In this document: positions 55,300 to 64,000 of the stretch, in pieces
How the letters are laid out: each line of letters opens with the position of its first letter
Numbering within the stretch: position 1 is the stretch's first letter
Assembly: GCA_951406725.2 (NCBI GenBank)
Contig: OX597815.1
Coordinates: forward strand, 146,630,001-146,694,000
Source: Octopus vulgaris
Taxonomy: Eukaryota
DNA: 64,000 nucleotides
Direction of reading: 5' to 3'
Made by a program: the position numbers and the translations under genes
The notes under the pieces: model-generated
Seen by the model: only the letters and a program-made list of their open reading frames with translations
Told to the model about the DNA's origin: nothing
Database searches by the model: none

Positions 55300-56290
55300 G
55301 GAGTTCATAGTTGTAAATGTTACAAAATCATAGTTTTGGTCTCTGAGGATAACCCCAAAAGAATTAAATGTATGTCTAATAATTCTATATACCAATTAAG
55401 AATTCTATATACCAATTAAAATTTCTTGCGGTACCGATGTCTTCTTATACATTGGCGCATCATCTTCCCAGTTATCTAAAAGAAATTTCCAATCATTATT
55501 CTTCATTTAGGGATAGCAGTAAACGTTATAGCACAGGACTAAGTAAATTGGTTTGGCATCTTAAAGACAAGAATAATGATTTTAAGTTAGATTGGTTCAT
55601 CCTGTCCATATCATTCCCATATGACAAGGGCAAAGGGTTTTGTAACATTTGCAACTCTGAACTCTTTCATATTCTCTTCTCTAAGAATCACCTTCTTAAC
55701 ACACTTATAGAGCGATCTTACAAATGTAAGCACTGGCAGAAATATACCTTTAGCTCATAAAAGTGATTTATAGCAGTCTTTTTAGTTTGAACATTTAGTT
55801 AAACTTGCACATTACTTCAATAGAGAAATCTACTTCCATATCTTCGAACATTTTTTCAACCAATATATCCCTATTTATTTGTACTTATTATTTCTTTACC
55901 CCTTCTCTTCCTGGGGTCTGCCTTTGACATCGGATCTACTAACGGTTTTTCAAATACTTAATAGCGTTTTGTTTATGCAGTCATCGAAATTATTATAACG
56001 TCCTGTTGTTAAGTTAGGTTCTCTTTCTTTCCTTTGAGAAGATTGCATTTTCCACCGTTTATTCCTTTGGAATAAACCCAATGTTGTCTTAGAAACATAT
56101 GTCGAAAGTAAAAGAATTTGAATAGCATCTGCGTTCAACTCCATTTATTTACTTATACTATACAAATTACTGCACATTAACCCGGAGTTTCTACCTTTGA
56201 ATAGGTCGCTATATCCTTGTTACTTGTGTGAATTTTGCTACTCTGGTAACTGTTTATTGAATTTTCCATGTTAACCGTAAACATAGGATA
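55300..56290 (+). mobile_element. Degenerate PLE 3' portion of a second clade (Naiad-like EN): GIY-YIG remnant + 3' UTR with decayed HHR (56028-56107)
   Basis: SIYQLKISCGTDVFLYIG, then (frameshift) NHYSSF...STGLSKLVWHLK...W.IL...PY...CNIC..E...LLN...KCKH; downstream GAAAcatatgTCgaaa. Confidence 0.8.
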
Positions 56291-56440
56291 ATTCATTCAT
56301 CCATTTACATATGTACATATATATATATATATATATATATTGGTAAAAACGGTAAGATAACAAATGAAAGAGACCTCAATATTATGTAAATAGAGGAAAT
56401 TTATCTGTAAAATAGTATGTGACAATTATTCAATAGCCAA

Positions 56441-56501
56441 GATAAAACTCTGAGTTTTGGATGCCGAGGTGGAAATACACAACACCATCTCTTCGGTTAT
56501 C
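56441..56501 (-). ncRNA. Degenerate hammerhead-like motif (CCGAAGA core)
   Basis: Reverse complement: gataa-CCGAAGA-gatg...catc-caaaa-ctcagag-TT-ttatc; GAAA is mutated; same ctcagag stem III as 57217-57254. Confidence 0.5.
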
Positions 56502-56678
56502 TGGCCATCTGGAATAGAATTATGGATTGTCATACGAGAGTGAAAGATTTCATTATTAATAATATAAGGGTAAATAATTATTAATTTCAAAATCAACAAT
56601 TATTTCCGGGTAGATTTCGGTATGGAAATATAACCATTATCGGTAGGAACCTTTTCAAGAAGTTCTCTCTCAATATAT

Positions 56679-56713
<35 letters not shown>

Positions 56714-57108
56714 TAAAAAGGGAGCAAGAGGTATGTAAATTAACATTTGCAAATCTATCTAAAGAAATGTTATGCTGATTGGGGAATGGATTTCTTTTTA
56801 ATTCTAACCAAGAAACGCGTCCGTAACTAACCGCAGACTTTGTTTTCGTTATTTTTCATCCTGTTTTACATATGTGATTACATGTATATGTTATATGCGG
56901 AGTTATATTTGTAGAAAATAGAAATAAGCGGTATTTGACTGCTATGTCTACTTTTTCGGTATGTGGCTAAGCAACCTGTTGCTTACCCTTTATATATATG
57001 CATAACTTTTTTAAAAGGTTTCTACCGATAATGTTTATATTTCCATACCAAAATCTACCCGGAAATAATTGTTGATTTTGAAATTAATAATTATTTACCC
57101 TTATATTA

Positions 57109-57183
<75 letters not shown>

Positions 57184-57216
57184 TTTATTTAAAAGCAGCA
57201 GAAAATTCAACAAAAC

Positions 57217-57254
57217 CTGTTACTCTGAGTTTCACGTTCCCGTTCGTCGGACAG
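57217..57254 (-). ncRNA. Minimal hammerhead ribozyme, U4C core variant
   Basis: Reverse complement: ctgt-CCGACGA-acg(ggaa)cgt-GAAA-ctc(a)gag-TA-acag; all three stems pair; sits in a ~80 bp island next to (TA)n. Confidence 0.75.
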
Positions 57255-57499
57255 TTTTTGCTATAATATATTTATATATATAATTCAAATTTGCAGAAAT
57301 CAATAGACGAAGACGGGTGTAGGAACAAAAAACAGGTTTATTAGTTTAACGCTCGTCAAGAATGGAAAACTATCTTACATTTTGGGTCAACGGTCTCATA
57401 TAGAAAGGATTAAGAGGTAAAATTGGAGATAGAAAAATCATTTTTGGATCGATTAACTCGATTAACAGTTCAACATGGCGAAATTATATATATATTTAA

Positions 57500-58820
57500 A
57501 AAATTTTTTTTATTTATTTATCTAGTTTCGGCTCACAAGCTGTGGCCATGCTACACGATTTTACTTCACGAATGCTTTTTAGCAATTGCCATTTGGTGCA
57601 TGAGAGAGTTCGATGCAGCTGCCCTCATCTGCACCTCCTGCTGTGAAGTTGGTTCATCTGGGATACCTGACAAGAAGAGATCCAGTTTCATTTTAAAGAC
57701 ATCTGCATCCACCCCATGCAGGTCTCTTAGGTTCTTCGGGAGGATATTGAAGAGCTGTGCGCCTCGGAAGCCCAGGCTATCACAATATCTTGTCCTACAT
57801 CTTGATGGCAAATTTGGAGTCCTTGGCACTATGCGGTGGCGCCCAGTTCTGGCATTTGTGTAACTCTCGATGCCAAAGTTTGGGACAAGTCCTGCTGGGA
57901 TCTTCCAGATGTATATTATGGCATATATTTCTCGCCTACGCTCTAAGGAATAGAGTGTCAATCTCTTGAGTCTTTCTCAATAGCTTATATGCTGCACAGA
58001 GGCTATCTTCTTCGTGTAGCTTTGTTGGATCGCCTCAAGTTCTGTGATTAACTTGACACTGGATGGTGACCATAGCTGAGAGCAATAGTCAAATTGGCTT
58101 AGGACAAGTGTCCTCCAGAGGACCATCATGGTTTCCTGGTCTCTTGTTCTGAAGGTTCTAAGAATCCATCCGGTCAGCCGCCTACATTTCAGTACCAATT
58201 TAGCAACATGCACATGAAAGGTTGTATCATCACTCATGTAAATACCCAGGTCTCGCACTGATTGTGCCTCTGGGAATGCAGGCCCTCCAGGTCCAGTGTA
58301 TTTATTGGGTATTGCATTTAATTTTGCGTGCTGATTGCATAGAGCTTGAAACTTTTCAGCATTGAACTGCATGCTATTCTTTTCAGCCCACTTGTATATT
58401 TTGTCCAGCTCACATTGCAGGTGCTTAGTGTCTTCAGGGTTCTGTATTGCCTGTGAAACTTTTGTATCATCTCCATAACTTGTGATCGTGGTTCTCTGCG
58501 TGGCTGAGGGCATGTCTGAGAGGACCATTATGAACAGTAGTGGTCCCAAAACAGTGCCCTGCGGAACACCACTCACTATTTGCATGTTAGTGGAAGCTAC
58601 TACCACCTGACTTCTATCCTTCAGAAAGTCATGAAGCCATTCTCCCAATTTTCCTACTATGCCAAGATCACGCAGTTTATGACATAGCATTCCATGATCG
58701 ACTTTATCAAAGGCCTTTGCAAAGTCGAGATATATGACTTCCACATTTGAGTGGTTGAGTAGTCGTTTCAGCACCCAGTCATAGTGTTGTAGGAGCTGAG
58801 TTAAGCAGCTTCTTCCTGTG
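57500..58820 (-). mobile_element. 5'-truncated CR1/L2-group LINE RT, frameshifted near 57970
   Basis: GRSCLTQLL, YLDFAKAFDKVDH, SGVPQGTVLGPLLF, YGDD, VRDLGI, DYCSQLWSP, LYSLERRRE, LFNILP. Confidence 0.92.
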
Positions 58821-58834
58821 TATATATATATACA

Positions 58835-58884
58835 CAGTAGTTCCTCGGTTTTCGAACAAATCTGATCGCGAATAAATCGTGCTT

Positions 58885-58929
<45 letters not shown>

Positions 58930-58976
58930 CAGGATTTGTTCGTGATCAGAGTTGTTTGAAAACCGAGGTTCTACTT
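58835..58976. mobile_element. Tigger/pogo-like MITE remnant
   Basis: Imperfect ~25 bp TIRs cagtagttcctcggttttcgaacaa / ttgtttgaaaaccgaggttctactt; internal (TA)n. Confidence 0.65.
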
Positions 58977-59021
58977 TATACACACACACGCACACACACA
59001 CAGACACACGCACACACATAA

Positions 59022-59059
<38 letters not shown>

Positions 59060-59060
<1 letters not shown>

Positions 59061-59517
59061 CTCTTTTACTCTTTTACTCTTTTACTTGTTTCAGCCATCC
59101 GGCTGAGGCCATGCTGGGGCACCGCCCTTGTTGCTACCCTCTCTAAGTCCAGTTTGCCGTGGCTGGCCACTGATCTAAGAGAGAGTTTGTAGCTGCTGCC
59201 CTTAGGTTACCTTCGTACCTTGCAGTGGGTTCATCTGGGATCCCGGAAAGCAGCTTGTCTAGATGTTTTTTGAAAATGTCCACATCCGCATCATGTAGAT
59301 CTCTTAGTTTTCTTGGCAGTTTGTTGAACAGCTGAGGGCCCCTGAACCCCAGGCTATTACAGTATCTGCTCCTTACCCTGGATGTGGAAGACGGGACCTT
59401 TGGCACCACACAGTGACGACCTGTACGGGGATTGGAACAGCTCTCAATTCCAAAATTTGGTGCTAGTCCCTCCAGGATTTTCCATATGTATATCACTGCA
59501 TATCTCTCTCGTCTTCG
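59060..59517 (-). mobile_element. 3' end of a related LINE with 3' UTR and (GTAAAAGA)n tail
   Basis: RRRERYAVIYIWKILEGLAPN...RGPQLFNKLP...IPDEP..AAATNSL is paralogous to 57566-57961; octamer tail repeats at 59060-59085. Confidence 0.88.
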
Positions 59518-59580
59518 TATATATATATATATACACTTTATTAAAAGCAGCACAAACATCACAGAAACTATTACTCTCAG

Positions 59581-59617
<37 letters not shown>

Positions 59618-59724
59618 TATTAGAGTAAATATTGAGTAAAAGGACGACAATGGAGCCCTCAAAAAATCACGAGGGACTTGAATATACTTATCCGTCATGA
59701 AAATTTAAGTTTATATTTATGGCT

Positions 59725-60687
59725 GCATGTATGCAACTTATGATATGTATGCATATATAGTTGTGGGAATGTATGTGAATTTCTACCTATATTTGCGAGT
59801 ATATAGATTTGCATATGCCTACATACATATCAGTAAATTTCAATTGTTTCAGTCATTAGACTCTAGACATGATGGGACACCGCCTTGAAGAAATTTTTGG
59901 CCGACTAAAATGTATTTAAGGGAGAAAGGGAGGGAGAAAATGAGAAAGAAATATAGAGAGAGAGAAAAAGAGAGAGAGAGAAAGAAAGAGAGAGAGAAAG
60001 AGAGAGAAAATATTTCCTTTTTGTTATAAATAACGGTATTTGTTATTTAGTTATAATATATACATGATAGACACATCTTACGAAATACCTATTCATCGGT
60101 TTTGGGGGGATATATTTTGTATTCTGTCCCGCTATGTTTTATATGCTAATTGTATAAGCATTTGATGGACATCCTAACATTTTAGACATCCTCAGACATC
60201 TTCTGATGTTCGTTAACTTCTGTAGATATTCTATGTGTCTTTAGAATTTGAACAAATGATGTTTTATGCCTCCTAAGTCTTTCAATAAAAAAAAATCTAT
60301 ATATTGACCCGAGTTATCTTTGCTATTTTGAAAAGAAACATAAGATTCTGGAGACGTTGGTAATGGTATAGAAAATATTCTAAACTATAGCATACTATAG
60401 TGCATTCACATACTTGAGATTTAATCTGTGAATAGGAAGTTGGTTCCATACCTTGGAGTAGATAAGTAAGATACAATCTATTAAGATTGCAAAAATTGTC
60501 TAACACTACGCGCCATACAGTCCGCATGTGGTGTGTATATATGTATATATATACAGAGTACGGTAGTTTGGAACATTTTAGTTTACGTTCATGGATGCAT
60601 TTATGCAAGTATGGATGGATATGCATATATAGTTTTGCGAATGTATGTGAATTTCTGTCTATATTTGCGAGTATATAGATTTGCATA

Positions 60688-60690
<3 letters not shown>
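59725..60690. repeat. Direct repeat of ~95 bp (59725-59818 and 60597-60690)
   Basis: gaatgtatgtgaatttct..ctatatttgcgagtatatagatttgcatatgc twice. Confidence 0.8.
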
Positions 60691-60785
<95 letters not shown>

Positions 60786-62149
60786 TGTGAGTGTATACTC
60801 ATACCATTTCTGATAAAGATAGAAGATCCTTCTGCCAATACCTTTCATTCTTTCGGGATCGATGAAAAAAGTAGCTGCTACGTATTGAGGTCGATGTAAT
60901 CGACTCATACCATGCCCCAAATTACTGATCTTGTGCCAAAATTTGAAGCCATTATTTTCGGAGAAATAACTGCCAACATCCAGCAAAAACCGCTACGTTT
61001 CTGATTTAAAATAGGAAGAGCCCATCGACTTACCGTGTTTGAATACATATTCCGTAGCAACAAAAACGAGATGGTAACGAAATACTTTCACCAACAGTTT
61101 TGGTGGATAAATGGTTCTTCTACAATACCTGCATACTTTGAGGTACCTGATATTTCCACAAAATAAGGTGACCACTCCGATACTTTCAAATGTGTTCTAA
61201 TATCTCAAGGAATATATGTATGTATGTATGTGTGTGTGTGTATTCCAATACTCTTGGTTTATTACCGACTTTTATAAGATAGGTAAAGTCCAATACATCA
61301 TTAGAAAACAAAGTTATACAAACATCGATATGTCTGTGCCTGTGTGTGTAAACTTGTGTGCATGTGTATTTTGTATATGAAACACTTTACATATATATAT
61401 ATATGTATATATACATGCGTGTGCGTGTGTGTGTGTGTGTATTTGCTATCTTAATGGCTGTGATATGCCGCAGGTTATTGATATGAGATCAAACATCAAT
61501 TTTTGTTCAGAAAATGATACGCTGGCAAACCAAAGCGACAATTGCTTGGAATACCCTCCCTTTTCTTTTACTCTCATATACCTAACGTTATTCATCTATT
61601 TTTTCTTCTAACAGCTCTATCACTTTCTCTCACGGTCTCTCCCTCTCTCACTCCCCCTCTCCCTCGTTCCCTCTCTTTTCCTTTCTCATTCTTTTTTACT
61701 CTCTTGCTGTTCTAGTGATTTCGATATTCTGTTTCGTATAAATCTTTTCTACTTCATATCAACATGACTAAAACTGAAATGAATAAAACAGGGTGACATT
61801 AACTTCCAAGGGTTATCGCCTATTGATAAACTTAGCCAAAACCCCATATAACCAACAATCCTTAAAAACAGCCATAGATGACTTCAAAGAATATATTTAG
61901 TAGAGTGTCACACACTTCGTGTTGAAGCTATTCCTGTTTTTAATACCAGAGCCTCTCTGCTTTTCTGTGGCAATATGTGAAGAATAAATCCGAATAGAAT
62001 TCACAAATCATATATCACTACTAATTTTATTTAGTTTCATTTACAATCTCAATATCATTAGGAAATATTTTATATCTCTATTTATCTTTCAGATGAAAAG
62101 AAATGGCATTTAAAGTTGAAGTATTAAACATATATGGATGTTATTATTG

Positions 62150-62243
62150 TTGTCATCACTACCACCACCACCACCACCACTACTACTACCAACACCAACA
62201 CTACCACTACCACCACCACCACCACCACCACTACCACCACCAT

Positions 62244-62294
<51 letters not shown>

Positions 62295-62295
62295 C
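62150..62295. repeat. Compound (CAC)n/(CAT)n/(CAG)n microsatellite
   Basis: Direct reading. Confidence 0.95.
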
Positions 62296-62789
62296 ATTTG
62301 TACCATTATTGTCATCTTCGGCGCCATCATTGTAGCTGTCGTCGACATCGTCGTTGCGATCGTCACAGCTGCCTTCGTCATAGTTCTGTGTTGAAATTCC
62401 GCCGAGGTCGACTTTGCCTTTCATCCATTTTGAGATCGATAAATTTAGTACCAGTTGCGTACTGATGTCGATCTAATCCACCAAAATTTCAGGCCTTGTG
62501 CCAGGTGTAGGAAAGATCTTGAATATTATTATTATTTGATGAAACTCTCAGCATATTTTGTTGGTTATGATGGAAAGTATTAGCTGCCTACGGCCAGCAA
62601 ACTAAGGTGACACTTCTTTACTGATCATGCCTCAAAAAACCTGCAAAGAACTCTTCCACCTCCAAACAATGACGATGTTCGTAGTGTTTCATATTTACAT
62701 TTGTAGCAATCTTTTTGAACCACGTTGGTAGTTAAGCGCTGATGCTTCCAAGGGAGCCAATCACTATTGGCATCACGTCCACTCTTTTC

Positions 62790-62975
62790 ATTACCCAAAA
62801 CCTGCGTATTTCCCACTTCGATTCATCATAGTTGTTCAACTCATCATAGTTGTTCACTTTTTCCTTCTTTCTCTTCGATCCTGTTGTCACTAGGACATGC
62901 CATGTCAATTATCAGGCATGACTTTTTTTCTTTTCTGTTCACTACTATAATATCAATTTTCTTTTTATTTTTCTG
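62790..62975 (-). mobile_element. Dong/R4-type RLE fragment
   Basis: DIIVVNRKEKKSCLIIDMACPSDNRIEEKE.K. Confidence 0.7.
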
Positions 62976-62991
62976 TTCAAAACATTGTCGA

Positions 62992-63150
62992 AGGAGGTGA
63001 ACTGGCAGAATGGTTAGCACACCGAGCCAAATGCTTAGCGTTATTTCGTCCGAGTCGATAAAATAAGTACCAATTGAACACTGGATCGTTGTTTTCGACC
63101 TACCCCGCTTCCCCGAGATTACACGGTGTGTGCTAAAATTAGGAAACGTT
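62992..63150 (+). mobile_element. SINE family B (internally deleted); related pieces at 62390-62515(+), 60835-60955(-), 25545-25605(+)
   Basis: aggaggtgaactggcagaatggttagcacaccgagccaaatgcttagcgttatttcgtcc...gataaaataagtacca. Confidence 0.7.
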
Positions 63151-63566
63151 ATGTGTATGTGTTTGTGTGTGTGTATACATGGATGGGGATATAGTGGTGC
63201 GTTGATCCAGTAGAGGTAGTGCTTACTTTGTTGCACAGTATAGTATATATATTTATCTATATATATGTATAATATATATACGTGTGTATATGTATGTATG
63301 TATATATGTGTGATTTACATATATGGATATGAGTATATATGTGTGTGTATAATATATATGCGTTTATGTATAATAGCTATATGAGTATGTATAATAACAT
63401 TTATATGTCTGTGTGTGTGTGTATGTGTAATATACATATATATATGTATAGTATATGTATATATGTGTGTGTGTGTATGTGTGTATACAGTTCTATATAT
63501 AAGAATTATGTACATTATTTATATTATTTACATTTGACGGATATTTGTCCTCATCTTGTTTGTAGT

Positions 63567-63610
63567 TTACACGTTTCGGCTGATATACTCGCCAGCTTTC
63601 ATCAGGTGTC
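63567..63610 (-). ncRNA. Degenerate hammerhead motif in a short repeat (~63505-63660)
   Basis: Reverse complement: gacac-CTGATGA-aagctg(gcgagtatat)cagcc-GAAA-cgtgt; cores intact, 3' strand of stem I appears partly deleted. Confidence 0.55.
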
Positions 63611-63704
63611 TTGTGGAAAATTCGAACCTGGATTCTCATTCCTAAGGTATTTTCCGATGTTATTATTATCATTACTATCATTATTATTATTATTATTATT
63701 ATTT

Positions 63705-63914
63705 TTTTTTTTTTCTTCTTTCAAATTTTCTTCCATTTCTTGCCGAGTGTCTTCCCGACTCCTAGGGCAAAGAAACTCATAGTGTATATTGGTAGGCCAT
63801 TAAACCAAACTCAGTAGTTCGTTCATTTTTTTTTTTTTTTTTAAAGTTAAATTAAAATACATGAGCAGCAACAGTTCTCACATCGACAATGCTCTTCTCA
63901 ATACGTGTGATGTA
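63705..63914 (-). mobile_element. Dong/R4-type 3' terminal fragment, same family as 23413-23848
   Basis: Near identity to 23413-23615; (TTA)n on both sides. Confidence 0.85.
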
Positions 63915-63999
<85 letters not shown>

Positions 64000-64000
64000 A

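Noticed and set aside
62075-62130. Acceptor-like tttatctttcag followed by ATG
   Set aside because: No convincing donor or open frame; runs into microsatellite.

Overview
AT-rich eukaryotic (animal) non-coding DNA, dense in microsatellites and interspersed repeats. The repeat landscape resembles Octopus/cephalopod genomes (inference). No host protein-coding gene can be supported, and most listed ORFs are microsatellite artefacts. The main feature is a young Neptune-type Penelope-like retroelement (PLE) at 45461-49916 with an uninterrupted RT + GIY-YIG ORF and a 1.36 kb inverted duplication of its own 3' end. Decayed PLEs, CR1/L2-type LINEs, (TAA)n-targeted Dong/R4-type fragments, DD37D maT transposase relics, SINEs and a MITE surround it. 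The most notable hidden signal is about 15 type I hammerhead-ribozyme (HHR)-like motifs of several PLE families, including U3-A8 and U4C core variants. They often sit in tail-out inverted duplications inside (TA)n tracts. The clearest case is a ~370 bp ORF-less foldback element (44186-44555) with a canonical-core HHR on each strand. All structures were read by eye; no folding or database search was run.
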